Notes: generated from the sequence alone by a model not told the origin. DNA of 63,401 nucleotides, filler included, from Choristocarpus tenellus KU-1152 (GCA_964200185.2; 11 parts of 11 records of this genome joined end to end with filler, not necessarily neighbours in it); one strand, 5' to 3'; shown: positions 39,001 through 52,612, counted from the whole stretch's first letter. Made by a program: numbers and translations.

Positions 39001-42000
39001 CGAACCCACTAAATTCAATGTTTGTTTGGGGTTTGAATTGCAAGCATCAAAATCATACAACAGATATTTCTAGAACCATGGTGAAATTTCTTCTTTCCAG
39101 TACCACATGTCATCCCGCCACCAGTCTTTCTGTTGTTACTACAATAACGCCAACCAAGTACTACAAGTGAAATAAAGACCGGTATTATACTCTTCCATAA
39201 ACAATCTGTGATGATAAGATAAAGTGGCTAGTTTGATCAATACCAGGACAATTGGCATCACCTGAACCCAATCGTAGGACACTCTACGCCTTTACCTAGG
39301 CAACAGCCCTGCAGAACTATGGTGCACAGGTAGAGTCATACCATACCATACCATACCATACCATACCATACCTCACCAACAAAAAGGATTCAAAAAGGGG
39401 CCAAGAACCTCTAAACAATAGGATCACCAAACAGTGGCACACAACTAAGATGCTTCAGACCTACTTAAATGTTTATACATACTTGTGTCATGTAAGTGAT
39501 CACCCATGAGAGGAAGTAGATGTAATCCGGGAGTCCCATGAGGCTTAGAGCCTCCTTCATGCCACCCTCTTTCTCAGAGACTAAAGCCCTGCGTCAGTGC
39601 ACCAGGGGAGTCAGACACGAGAGCTTGTCTGCGTTAGAGAAACGCCTTCACAAGGTTAGAGAAACACAAAATAGACAGACCAATACACACACAAAACATC
39701 CCTAACCTGTAAGAAGCACCCTTGACTTCTTCAGAGAACTACCTCCTATTCATCTGATTTGCATCCATTGATACAAAACATAACCAACTGTATCTTGAAA
39801 CAGCCATTATTCATATGCAACGTTCCCCACAAGTGCCAAGTATTACTATTATTATTTACACTACTATTATTATTATCATTACAGTGCTTCCCATATACAA
39901 AATCACTGAGCAAGGTGTGTGGGCAATTAAACAACAATAAGACGCACACCTTAACCCTAACCCTCTCTACCAAAACAACACCCAAGGTGACGTACGGAAT
40001 ACCAACAGAAAAAAATGAGAACTTTCCTCATGAAAGAAAGACTGCCCGGAAGGTAAAAATAACCAAAGAAAAAAGAAAAAAACAAAAATCTCATTTCCAT
40101 CAAAATTTCTCTTCCAAAAAAGTAAAACAAATAGAATAAATAAGATAAAACAATTCACGACCCCTCTCCTTCAACCACCACCAGCGCACACCTTATCATC
40201 CTTGACACAGGGTACAAAAATGCCAGCATGTAGAACACCCCCAGCGTGGTAGATATGATGTCTTGGAACTCATCAGTGTGGTAGGCCTGTGCGAGGAATC
40301 AATTCATGTGTATGTGTGTGTTGAGGAGATGAGAGGGAAACAGGACATCACGGTACTTCTTATTGGTCAGCAGGAAGGAAAAACAAAAAAAAAATGTCAG
40401 ATAAATATATATATATATATAAGGTCAAATTCACCATGGGGCCTTCCAATCCCATTCAACAAAAGGACAACAATATTCTGGACCTAACCCTAACCCTAAC
40501 TCTAACCCTAACTATGTTGTCAGTACACGTGATGCAACAGGACCTTCGTTGCAACAAACGCCTCCGCAGTCAATACCAACAAGCCGTCATCGATTCAGCA
40601 CCCCACTACAGGATATCTAATCAGTTCATACAAAAAGGAAGTCATGACAACATCCAAGTGCTAGTAGACACAAGGCAACCATAATTGTAATAGACTGATA
40701 TACTACATTAATTGTAATAGACAATTAAATACTACCATAATTGTAATAGACTATTATGTACAACCATAATTGTAATAGACAATTAAATACTACCATAATT
40801 GTAATAGACTATTATGTACAACCATAATTGTAATAGACTATTAAATACTACCATAATTGTAATAGACTATTACATACTACATTAATTGTAATAGACAATT
40901 AAATACTACCATAATTGTAATAGACTATTATATACAACCATAATTGTAATAGACTATGATATACTACATTAATTGTAATAGACAATTAAATACTACCATA
41001 ATTGTAATAGACTATTATGTACAACCATAATTGTAATAGACTATTACATACTACATTAATTGTAATAGACAATTAAATACTACCATAATTGTAAAGGACT
41101 ATTATATACAAATCATATTACTGTAGGGGAAAAAAGCATACACATAGACATCATGCTTTCTGGTGCGATTCTCCTGTAGTGATGAATGTTGACATCACCC
41201 AAACATTATGAAATCCTCCAGGGGCCTTACACAACCATAAATGCACAGGATCTACTTGTCGGCCATTCTGATACAGTCATATTTCATTGACAGATTCAGG
41301 TACACTATACCTTTGTACCTTTTCAGGGAAGAGTCCCATTGACACATTCAGGTATACCCTGTGACCAGCGGTCTTGGAGAGTATGTGCTCATCCACAGCC
41401 TTCTGTAGCGTCAAGAACCCACTGTATGCATATCCAAAAAAGTGGTCTGATGTGGGAGGGCGCTGTAGTGGAGTTGTGGTTATCTTTAATGTGCAGCAGT
41501 GCAGTAGGCAGTAGCGGAGAGGTGTTAGCAGGGTGAAGGATAGGAAAGTTTCAAGATAAAAGTCATACAAAAAGGTTAGGGTTAGGGATAAACTGAAGGT
41601 TCAAAGAGGTGCATAAAAAGCTATACAATTCTGAACTAATCGAAACATTGAAATGGATACGCATCCACTAAAACTCTAGCCCTAACCCTAACCCTAAGTG
41701 CATAAAAAGCTATTACAATTCTGAACTAATCGAAACAATGAAATGAATACATATCCACTTAACTCAAACCCTAACCCTAACCCCAACCCCAACCCCAACC
41801 CCAACCCTAAGTGCATAAAAAGCTATCACAATTTTGAACTAATCGAGACATTCGAATGAATACACATCCACTCAACTCTAACTCTAACTCTAACCCTAAC
41901 TCTAACCCTAACCCCAACCCTAGGTGCATAAAAGGCTATCACATACTAGAACAAATTGTAAAATTGAAATGCGTACACATCCACTAACTCCCTAATCCAA

Positions 42001-43966
42001 ACCCTAACCCCCATCCCTTGACTACAAACTATGAAATCCCTACACCTAACCTCAACCCTTGACTGTAAAATGTCATCAACCTTAACCCCATCTCTTGACT
42101 ACAAAATCGTACTAACCCTAACCCCAACCCTAACCCTAACCCTAATCTAGAATACTACCGCAGAGTGAAGATGACACACACAAGTGAGTCACACCTATCC
42201 CTACTGCTATTAGTACACATATAATACTACTAATGTATGTACTACTAAGACTGTTTACTGCCTGTTGAAAAGACAGAAGGGTTCTACCAATGACATTCCA
42301 CCAGGAACAGAACAGGACCGATCTGAGTTGGCCTTAAAACCTACATGGATGCCAATCATTAAAAATAATAGAAAATATAAACAGAACATTAGCAAAATAA
42401 TAACAGTACAGTAAAATATTAGTGTATCAATATATCAGTATATTAATAACAGTATAGTATAAAGCCTCCAGTCTCAGGGTTAAGGTTACCTTGGGGTCAA
42501 CAAATTAGCTACAATATATATATATGTATATGTACACACATGAAGAGTGCAGCTGTTGGTTGATTCCCCTTGAGACACACCTGACTTCAAGAAATATTCT
42601 TGAAACAACACTAGGAAGGTGTTGATTTCCCAATGGCAACAAGCAACCACATCATCTCTAATCAACATCTCTGCAAAATAACTCCTTCAAACAATTAAGA
42701 ATAACATACAGCATTCTTAACTTTCTAAATATCACCAACACTATTTTGTCAACAGCATTACAGGGAGAGTTGGTCAATCACCATGAATACCAACACTCAC
42801 CCTGGTAGAAGGCAACTTGTAGGGCAGTCCACAACTACCATACAGGCAGGTCGCCTGCCAAGGTGAGGACAATTGGTGACAAAGAAGAGACCAACATGGG
42901 ATCAGACTCAGCCAGAAACACGATTTTATTAATAGAACACCGGTGCTGAACTGAAGAGAGCCCAAGTAACTTAACTACCTTGAAGGGCGGGTCATGCTGA
43001 GTTTAAACAGCCCCTCTTGACTCTCCAGTTGCACACACACACAGTCCATGGGTGCGCGGGTGTGTAGTTCATTCAGTCTGTACCGTGACCACAGTCATTT
43101 TACAAAAAAAAATGCCTTCCATCTTCTTTACAAATGAAGCCAAGAGAAACTCTAAAAAATAGTATTAAAAAAAACAACACACACACACACATACACACAC
43201 ACACACTACCAAAAACAACATCAAGATCAGTTTTCACTCAGAGCAAATGATCAAGACATTTCTGTTTACTAAGTAGTGTTTGCTAAGGAGGTCACTTCAG
43301 TGAGTGCACAAAAAAAGTTTGGATCATGCAAGTGAGAGATGCAAGCATGTGGAGTATTCTAAGTCTGGCTGTATGTGGTCAATTGGTGCTCTGAATCATT
43401 TTCTGAAGTCATTGAGGAAGTACCTACATAAGGGTAATATGGTTGCCATCTCCAAATTTTCATTTAAAAAGACGATATTTTATATTTTTATATTTGTACA
43501 GCGTGGAGCTAGCTAGCTATACATCCAACACATAGAGTGACCATTCTTCAAATATGAACCATTCTTCAAATATGGGCTTGAACTTGTTAGAATTTTGGTG
43601 TACATATATTACAGCTCTATGGTGAATATCCACAAAAAAAAATCAGGAAAAAAGTCAACCTTTCTAAAATTAAAACAAAATTCCGAACCACTTCTTCGTA
43701 TGCCCAGACTCATGTTCCTATGATGTCAAATCATAATTCAGAACACAATCTAGATTCGTCCATGCTGTCGAACTGTTCAACTGCCATTTTGGGGTAAAGT
43801 AAGCGAAAGATATTCTTTTATCCTCTTTTTTTTCTATCGTCTTTTTTTTCTCTTTTTTTTCTCCTCTCACTTTTGACTCTATTGCCCTAGACAAACAGCA
43901 CTGTATGTCCTTAGATGAGATTTCCACTCACCAAATTCTTGTACAACTTAGGAGATGGCCCAATAA

Positions 43967-43997
<31 letters not shown>

Positions 43998-45235
43998 AAT
44001 TGTAGTAGTAGTAATAAAAATAATAATAGTAGCAATTATAGTAATAACAGTAATAATAATAGAAATAATAGTAATAAATATGATAGTAAGTACAGAAATT
44101 CAACAGGGTTAAGGTTATAGGGTAAACATTAACATTGGGATTGAGATTAGTGCAGAGGTTCAAGAGGCAATAGTAGGTGGCTACTAGTAGTAAATGATAA
44201 ATGATAAAAAAAAAACAATTTGTAGTGTTTAGGTGGAAAGGAGAGATGTCAACACTATCACTGCACCGGACATATTCGACACAACTTAGAACAAACAAAC
44301 AAAAAAGCTTCAAAGAGAAAAAAATAATAATGTTGATCATGTAACCCCAATGCAAATGCCTTACTCAAAATCAACAACGCAAGACACCAAAATATTTATG
44401 TCCTTAATTTTCAAGATGCATTTTATTTTTTTACCTACTTCTCTCCCGTTCTCTCTGCTCCGAAAACTGTTCTAAAATTTCAAGATGTCACAGTGAAACA
44501 ATTCTATAGTCATAGTGAAACAATTGTCTAGACCCCTACCACCAATGGGTGAAATTAAAACCCAACTTCTAGACCAATGGTAAGAGGCCATTCAGAAAAA
44601 TAAGAAATATGACAAAAAAAGCAGAGGATGTGAACAAAACATCTTCCATCAGAGAAGTAAAAACATCCTGCCAAGTGTACTTGTCAGCTTTAGGAAATAT
44701 ATCATTACCAATACCAATACCACCACCAATATCAAAACCAATACCAATATCGAAACCAATACCATTATCAGAACCAATACCAATATCAACACCAATATTG
44801 ATATCAATACCAATACCAATACCAATACCAATACCACCACCAATATTAATATCAATATCAAAACCAATACCAATACCAATATCAACACCAATATCAAAAC
44901 CAATACCAATATCGAAACCAATACCAGTGTCAGAACCAATACCAATATCAATACCAATACCAATATCAATACCAATATCAATACCAATACCACGACCAAT
45001 ATTAATATCAATACCAATATCAATAGACCATTCACCATTAATCCAACCCCAATCAATACTCTTACCCCCAATCATTGCCCTAACCCTAACCATACTCTTC
45101 CCACCTGGTCCTCAAACTGTGAAACTCCATAGGTATAGTTTAACCTGATGGTGTAATCCCATTCGCCAACGCCTCCCTCCCCCGGCACATCATTGAACAC
45201 CACCGCCATCCCCACCTTACCCCACCCTTCCCCCC
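33028..45235 (-). CDS. ABC transporter subfamily A (ABCA), first exocytoplasmic/TM region (10-exon fragment)
   Basis: Phase-consistent exons 45235-45105, 42854-42801, 41483-41319, 40286-40192, 39588-39483, 38201-38056, 36440-36271, 34973-34846, 33885-33773 and 33133-33028. ABCA motifs: GYAYSGFLTLQKAVD, LVSEKEGGMKEALSLMGL, FSRSKTAA, WYLDKVVPSEFGTQLPWHFP. Confidence 0.92.
33455..33628. repeat. (GATACT)n degenerate microsatellite, intronic
   Basis: Direct reading; it produces the spurious SVSVSV and YQYQ ORFs. Confidence 0.9.
37248..37390. repeat. Degenerate TGTATACAC/CTGTATA minisatellite, intronic
   Basis: Repeated tgtatacac(c/t)tactgtata units. Confidence 0.8.
40679..41112. repeat. 29-bp minisatellite (~15 units), intronic
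   Basis: Core TAATTGTAATAGAC recurs every ~29 bp with a few recurring variant tails (TATTATGTACAACCA, AATTAAATACTACCA, TATTACATACTACAT). Confidence 0.92.
41609..42146. repeat. Array of ~65-bp units separated by (CCCTAA/CCCCAA/CTCTAA)n tracts
   Basis: GTGCATAAAA.GCTAT...CATCCACT at 41609, 41698, 41811 and 41924, each followed by telomeric-type repeats. Three shorter CTTGACT.(C/T)AAA units follow. Confidence 0.88.
44700..45025. repeat. (ATACCA/ATATCA)n microsatellite, intronic
   Basis: Direct reading; it produces the spurious IPIPI, GIGI and LVLIL ORFs. Confidence 0.92.
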
Positions 45236-46731
45236 NNNNNNNNNNNNNNNNNNNNNNNNNNNNNNNNNNNNNNNNNNNNTTAATTAATTAANNNNNNNNN
45301 NNNNNNNNNNNNNNNNNNNNNNNNNNNNNNNNNNNATTGGGACTCTTTTGCATACACTCCTCCAGTCGCTCGCATGAACTCCCATTATTCTATTCTGCAA
45401 AGGACAAGGGCACGGTAACAGTGATGATGGCACACATAAAAGCAACGCCCACAACTCCATGTACTGTACTACTAGTACACTAGTATTTGTACGTGTTCAC
45501 CTTGGTGCACAAGGGGTGGGGTGGTTGAGTACACATGCTCATCTGGTGTGTGAACAGGCTTTCCAGCCCTGACACTCAAAGTGAGAATTTGACAAGCAAG
45601 GCCACCATTATTGTGTGCACGATTCTGTATCTTTCTCTTTTTTTTACTATTTTTTTTTTGTGTCTCAGGCATGTCTCTGCAACTCTGTTGCTGTGACGGG
45701 CTGTTTGATCTCTTTGTACTTTATCTGTACATTATCTGTACATTATTAGTACATTATCAGTACATTATTAGTACTAAGGTGTATGTATGATTTACTGATG
45801 CACTTTCCATTGTAGATAACAGATTTCAGGCACTTGGTGTGGTGTGCATGTCATGATCAACCCTACCCACTATTGCTCATATTTGTGTGCACTGTGAGTC
45901 TTGCCTCAGTTGACAGGGTAGGTTGACAGGATCAAGTTCTAGAAGGGAGGCAGGTGGAGTAGATACCGCTATCCGCAGCTGTCGCATCAGTAATAATAAC
46001 CCTACACTGAAAGATTCACTTTGCTATGTTTGTTTTGAGTGATAGGACCCCCCCCATCCCCAGACCCCTCTCCCCACCAAGGTATTTGTGTAGGATGTGC
46101 TATCTCAAGGTTCGATAGGATGTCCCAAGTGCGCCCAGCAAAGAACTTGCAGCAGTCAACCTGTCCTCACAGAGTGGAGTTGCTCCAACTCTGTGGTGAA
46201 TGGATGGCACCTCCCATGGCACTGTTGCACTGTACAGTTTGTCAATTTTAGGTTTTTTCAAGATAGCATAACTTCTCAAGAGTGTTCACTAATGTGGAGT
46301 GCTATCCCCTTTAGCAGATGAGAAAATATCCACCTTGTGTTCCTCACGTTGGATACTTTTCTCAAACTAGCCTGATATTTCATGCCCCAGCTTAGTCCTG
46401 CCCTCCCGCCCTCCTTCCCCAATATTTTTCTTGGTCCATCGGGTATATCTATATATCTATATAAGAGAAATATATATATATTTATAGCCTTTTCCTTGTG
46501 TGTGTGATTGGCGTGGCCTGTCTCTTTTTAGTTTCATACATACATTCTGTACTCATTTTAAGGGATACAAGTCCATTTTGAAGTACTTAGGTACACGTAG
46601 GATGAAGAGAATAATCATTTCCTACCATGTTAAAATTAGACCTTTTTTTTCAAAAAAAAAAGAAGTGTCTTGCGCAATAGATATATTATTTAAATAAAAT
46701 TCAAAACAAAAAAAAAAACAAAAAAAAAAAG

Positions 46732-48309
46732 GTATGAGCGCATGACGAGGGGAAGAAGGCGAGAACATTACCAGTGGAACATGGATATCTGGGGGATTGA
46801 GGGTGTAGAGGCCGAGGCTGAGCTGCTGGGGGCTGTGGTAACCTTCTTTGAAAGGGTGGGACTCACATCTGAGGACGTGGGTATCAGGGTGAGACAAGAG
46901 ACAGAGAGAGAGAGAGAAATGAGGGGTCTAAAGCATACACAGTTGATGGGACTGGGGAGGGGTTTGCAGGTTTTTTAGACCTGTTCCTAGCGACGACATT
47001 TTTATTTCAAATTTTTCGATTCTTCCAGATGTTTTCAACCGTGCTCCTATCCTTTTCCTGTGAAGCACTGAAAAATCGGGATATTTTGTAGGTTTTTGTC
47101 ATTTGAAACGGACTTTAGAGGAAGCCGTGATATGTTTTTGTTTGTGCGATTGGGGTGATTGCTCGATGACTGGGGAAGGAGTTGAAGGGTAAGGGCAGAG
47201 TGTGTTTAATGTATGGAGCTCAATGGTGAGAGAGGGGAAACAGAGGGGGGGGGCAGAGATTGGTTGTTTGTTGTCTTTTTGTTGTGTGTATTGTGTACAT
47301 GCACTGAAATTGCTTGAGATCTGATCTATGGCAAATTTAGATGACATGCTTAGAGTAATTTTTTTGTGTTGATGTGGTCTTAAGTGGATGTACAGATATA
47401 TATAGTACTAGTACAATGTTTGTGCTCATTTTTCTTTTTTTCCTGTAACTGTAACCTCTTTTTGTGATAGTGCACCATTACATTATTTATGGCATGTTTA
47501 CCTATTGGTAAGGAGTTAAATTTGTTAGTTTTTATTTCTTGTTAGTTTGGCTACCAGTGATACCACATCAACATTAACACACACGCACACACACACACAC
47601 AAAAGCTAACTAGAGTCGTAACTGATATTGTAACCGACATTGCAACACTCACAATACGAACAAATGCTCACGTTGTGTGAAAGTTGAACAGCAGAGGGGT
47701 GCTAACAGAGGTTCTTACAAGCCTTGGCGTGGAAGAAAAAAAACATACTGCTGCTTGCGTCTTGGTTGACAAGCTCGATAAGGTGAGGCCTTGTTGTCGG
47801 GATTCATCTTTGACACTTGAAAATTGGGTTGTGTCTCAAGCCTGTATTATATAATGTCGGTGTAGCATTGTTCCGGTGTTGTAGTCATTCTAACCCCAAC
47901 CCTAACCCTAACCCTAACCCTAACCCAGTCCCCACTCCACCTCGACTCCATGCCTGTGGTGCATTGTGTGTTGGGGTGGGTTTGACAGGTGCCCCTGGAT
48001 GCCATCAGTGAGGACTTGGCTGCCCTTGGTTTGGAAGCAGCAACGGTGGAACGCCTACTTGAGGTGATGAAAATACGTGACTTGGAGGGTGTGGCGGGTG
48101 TACTTGGGGAAGAATCGACAGCTGTGATTGAGGTAAGTAATTTTATGTAGAATAATGATAATTGTGTAATAGTAGTAGTAATAGTATATTGTAATAGTAG
48201 TAGTAGTAGCAACAGTATTAGTAATAGTATATAGTAATGGTAGTAGTAGTAGTAGTAATAGCAGTGGTAGTAATAGTATATAGCAATAGTAGTAGTAGTA
48301 GTAGCAGTG

Positions 48310-48340
<31 letters not shown>

Positions 48341-51300
48341 CAATTATATATAGTATATAGTAATAGTAGTAGTGTAGTAGCAATAGTATATAGTATATAG
48401 TAGTAGTAGTAGTAGTAGTAGCAATAGTATATAGTAATAGTAGTAGTAAAGAGCTGAACGCCTTGTTTACTTTCCCCTGTTTTATGCAGTCCCCAGAATA
48501 GCCTTCAGTGTCAACTTAGTCATCCGTCTGCAAAGTGGTTGGAACACTCGATAGATTGGAAGGGTTAGGGTTAGGGTTACTGTTGAGAGGAGTATTTCAA
48601 AAGTACAAGAGGGGTGGGACTGTTGGGATTTCCTAAAACTCGACGATGTTATTTATTTTGAGTAGAGATAACATGATACACTTAAGCACTCCTGTTGCGG
48701 GGTGTGTATGCCTGTGCGTGTTCATTGATGCTAATTTAGAAAAAGTACAAGGGTTAGGGAGTTAAATAAAAAAAAACTAACTGAAACTAACGTTGAACTC
48801 AAAACAAAATTAATATCTGACAAGACGTACGGTAGTAAATGTAAGGCCTCCTCTGCTCAGCATCAGTTTGGAAGTTTTGTGGGGCAGGCTATGTATACTT
48901 TTCAAAGCGATGCTGAAGAGAACAAGTAGTATGGAGTGTGTACAAATTCACTGGCTCTATTCATTGGAATGTCACCAACATACATTTCTTTCTCCGAAGT
49001 GAGCTTTGATTGGTGGAATTTCAGTTTTTGTCTGGGAGTGTATGGAAATTGCACACAACCTGTTTTGCTCAATGATAAGAAAATAAAAGGTGTTAATCCA
49101 TGGGGGACATTTTGTTTGATGTTGCCGAGTGAGAGGTTAGGTTCTATAAAGTATTGAAAAAAACGAAAAGAACTATATAGTATTTTGGCTCTTGATGGTG
49201 TAGACCCAGCACATATTCAGATTGGGGCACAATAGGCTTTACCGCTGCTGATATATATATATTTTTTGGAAGTGCTCTCTAGAGTGTGATTTTACCAGTA
49301 GCTTACCCAAAGTTACATGTGACTGCAGTAAAGATACTTGCATACAAGAGTGAGGTTCCTCTTTTTTTTGAAGGGGGGGGTGGGGGGGGGGGGTGAGGGG
49401 GCAGTTATGGGTACTTCAAGGTGGAATATGGTGGTCTTTGGCGGTTTTGCATCTCGTGGAGTTTTGACATAGTGGCTTGGTGTTTGATGCTTTGATGCTG
49501 ACTTCAAGCTCGAATTGATCTGGAGAGATTACCTAAATTGAGTGAAAAGTAGTCTACCTGGGTTTGGCGGATTTTTTTTCAAGCTTTTTTTCACACGAAA
49601 TTGGTAGGTCAGGGTTAGGGATTAAATTTGTTCCACATGAGCTGGGTATTTGACTGAAGTTGCTTGCCTTACATAGCTCTGGTATGATGTCTCATGCATT
49701 TGGTGAAGACCCACCAAAGTTTTGAGAAGCCTCAACACTTATGAGGTATTTCAAGAGTATAATCGATATAGTTGTTACTTAACAGATATGGAGTAGATTT
49801 GTACTTTTAGGTATAGAAGTAGTAGTAGATGTGAGTGCTATTTGAAATATTGAATGTAGATATCAAGGGGGTGTGAAGGTTGCATGGCAAGTGCATCCTA
49901 TTGGCTGAATGCAATACGCTGGCTATTCTATTGGTTATTAAGTTGCTTTTTGTGCCATCATTAAGAAATGGCACAACTCAGCTGCTCATCACCCTAACCC
50001 TAACCTTATCTCTCAAACACGCCTCTTGAACACAATCTTTGCAGCTAGGCAGACTCCTAGAGCTTTCAGAGAGCTATGGCATCCGTGACTGGCTGGTGCT
50101 TGACTGCTCTGTGGTGAGGGGTCTGGCCTACTACACTGGAACAGTCTTTGAAGCATTTGATCGCAGTGGGGTCTTGCGGGCTATTTGTGGGGGTGGCCGC
50201 TACGACAAACTCCTGGAGTCCTTCGGGTGCGTAAGGGGCGGGGTTAGGGTTAGGGTTTGGTTGTGGATAGAGTTTTGGATAGAGTTTTGACTAGTATTGA
50301 ATCTTTTGAGAAAATGCAGATGTCTATTTTTTTTTCGTTGATGACCTACGGTGTACTCTCATGTACACTGGTTGTTAGTATTTGAATTTGTGGTGCCGAT
50401 GTCGAAGAGGACCTCCCTCTTGATGGGCAACACTTTTTGGATCTATTTATGGTGTACGCTTTCAACTTCAAGGGGGGGGGGAGGGGGGAAGGGGGTGGTT
50501 TGATTCATTCCTCTGCAATGCTTTTAACGTTTTGTGCATTTCTTGGTGATGATTTGACCCGTTTGATGACTTCCGTTCCAGGGGAGAGCACCTGCCAGCT
50601 TGTGGCTTCGGGTTTGGTGACGCAGTCGTGGTAGAGCTTCTCAAGGAAAAGGAACTCCTGCCTGAAGACCCTGGCACTGGTATTGATGCAGTGGTATTCG
50701 CCTATGCGCCAGAGTTGCAGGTTCGTGGAGTTGCAGCTGTTGTGGGCTTGTTCTTGATGGAGATGATGTGACTGGTGCAGGCCTTTCAACTAGAAGGGAG
50801 AAGGCTCTCAGTGTGTTTTGAATGTCTTGATTGGATTGTGTGATATGGTTGGGGTTTTTTTTTTTGAAGAAACGGGAGTTGCTTTTCTGTTGGGTTTTTT
50901 TTTTGGTCTGTTAAGAGTGAGACTTACCATACTTTCAATAGCATGTAGAATACTTGGAGCACTTTTGTTACTGTTATTGAAGATGAAGCACAAATTTTAA
51001 GTGGTATTTTTCAGAACTATGTGGAAAAAAGATGATACTGTTACTACTGTAGTCGTCTTAGTATCATGCGCTCTTCTTTCCACCTCCTTTGAGCACATTC
51101 AACAGGCCGGCACACCTTCCATGTTTCCCCATACCATCCTCCCCTCTCACAACTTACTTCTGTCTTCTCCCCCATTGGCTCCACCTCACCCCAACCCTCA
51201 GGGGGCTGCTACCAAGGTGGCAGGGGAGCTCAGAAGGGGGGGCATTAAAGTAGACCTTGTCCTTGGTAGTCGTAAGACAAAAGCTAATTTTAAACACGCT

Positions 51301-51477
51301 GCAAGAGTAGGGGCAAGTCACGCTGTCATGGTTGCCCCAAACGAGTGGGAGCAGGGGAAGGTCTCAGTGAAGGATTTGAAGACATCAGTACAGGTTGATA
51401 TGGACACTGCAGACGTGGCTAGGTACATTCAGCAGGTGGAGGCGACTGCAGCGGATGCTGAAGTGGCACCACCATAG
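46732..51477 (+). CDS. hisS: Histidyl-tRNA synthetase, plant organellar (plastid/mitochondrial) type; 3' six exons
   Basis: Exons 46732-46888, 47684-47782, 47989-48132, 50045-50226, 50582-50720 and 51202-51477 (TAG stop). Class II motif 2 [20 protein letters not shown], HisRS signatures VRGLAYYTG and AICGGGRYD, motif 3 PACGFGFG, and a C-terminal anticodon-binding domain. Confidence 0.95.
48165..48448. repeat. (TAG)n degenerate microsatellite, intronic
   Basis: Direct reading. Confidence 0.9.
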
Positions 51478-51697
51478 GGTTACGGCTACTGTAGTGAGGN
51501 NNNNNNNNNNNNNNNNNNNNNNNNNNNNNNNNNNNNNNNNNNNTTAATTAATTAANNNNNNNNNNNNNNNNNNNNNNNNNNNNNNNNNNNNNNNNNNNNC
51601 CCCAATCTACATTTAAACACTCCTCTTTCCTTGACATTCAAAATGGCAATACCATCAATAAACACATATTGCATGCAATTTTGTCCCACCTAGCCAC

Positions 51698-52612
51698 CTC
51701 CTCTGCATGGGGCAAGAGCAGTCGAAACAGCGCCTCCCACATAATATCAAACAGTTGGACCTCCCGCTCTTCCAACATCTTAAAAAAAACAATATGCCAT
51801 TTTGAAGCATATTGCAAAAAAAAATGTCCCATCCATCCATCCATCCATGACCACAAAAAGATGAGCATGTCAAACGCCAAGCAAGTGACACAAAACACAC
51901 AAAATGATCACAATAAGGGGATGGGGAGGGGGGCAGAAGGGATGGGAAATGGGCGAGGCTATAGAGCCAGTTTGTACAAAAAAGGAAAGAGGGTTGACAC
52001 AATACAGTTTACCAATAGGGAATGGTGAATAAAAATAAAAAGGAATGAAAATGTGTCATCACTGTCACCATGGTTGTGATAGGGGTCAGGGATCCAACCA
52101 GGGACAAGATCTGGTAGAGGCATTTGGAGGGGTGGTGGTGGTTGGGGGTGGGGTGGTAAGTTAGGAAAAAAACCACATTAACTTTGAAATGTGGAGTGAC
52201 AGGAAGGTATAGGGTGATATTAAAAAAAGGACATGTCATGGATAGCTTCAGAGTCTTTCCATAGGTCAAGGCCATATCTACACTATACACAATCACAACA
52301 ATAAAAAACACAATAAAAAAAACTGTACAACAAACAGGACACATCACACCACACCACATGCACACACACAAATACAAACATAACATGTACTTGTATGCAC
52401 TAGGGACAACCACGGCCCCCTGCCCCAGGCACACCCAGAATTCTACAGAAGAGTGAACCCCCCCTCACCCCCCCAGAATTCTAAAGCTTGTACTCCTAGT
52501 TAAGTGAAGTTGGCATCACCTCCCCATTGACTCCCTCCAGCTGCCCCTGAAGACCAAAGAGCAGCATACGCCCCAACCGAACAATGCAACGAATTGTTAT
52601 CTCCCAGATATC
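51698..52612 (-). CDS. Two probable internal exons of an unidentified helical protein
   Basis: Phase-0 candidates 52612-52520 (DIWEITIRCIVRLGRMLLFGLQGQLEGVNGE) and 51778-51698 (MLEEREVQLFDIMWEALFRLLLPHAEE) with AG/GT boundaries; no family recognised. Confidence 0.35.

Noticed and set aside
38965-39010. B-box-like GGTTCGA on the minus strand suggesting a tRNA or SINE
   Set aside because: No A box or cloverleaf can be formed.
40679-41112. CRISPR-like array
   Set aside because: The inter-core sequences are only ~15 nt and recur rather than being unique. The array is in a eukaryotic intron and there are no cas genes.
44569-45148. Long ORFs rich in GI, IP or LV (and similar ORFs at 33386-34006, 47847-48383, 60651-61079)
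   Set aside because: They are translations of intronic microsatellites.
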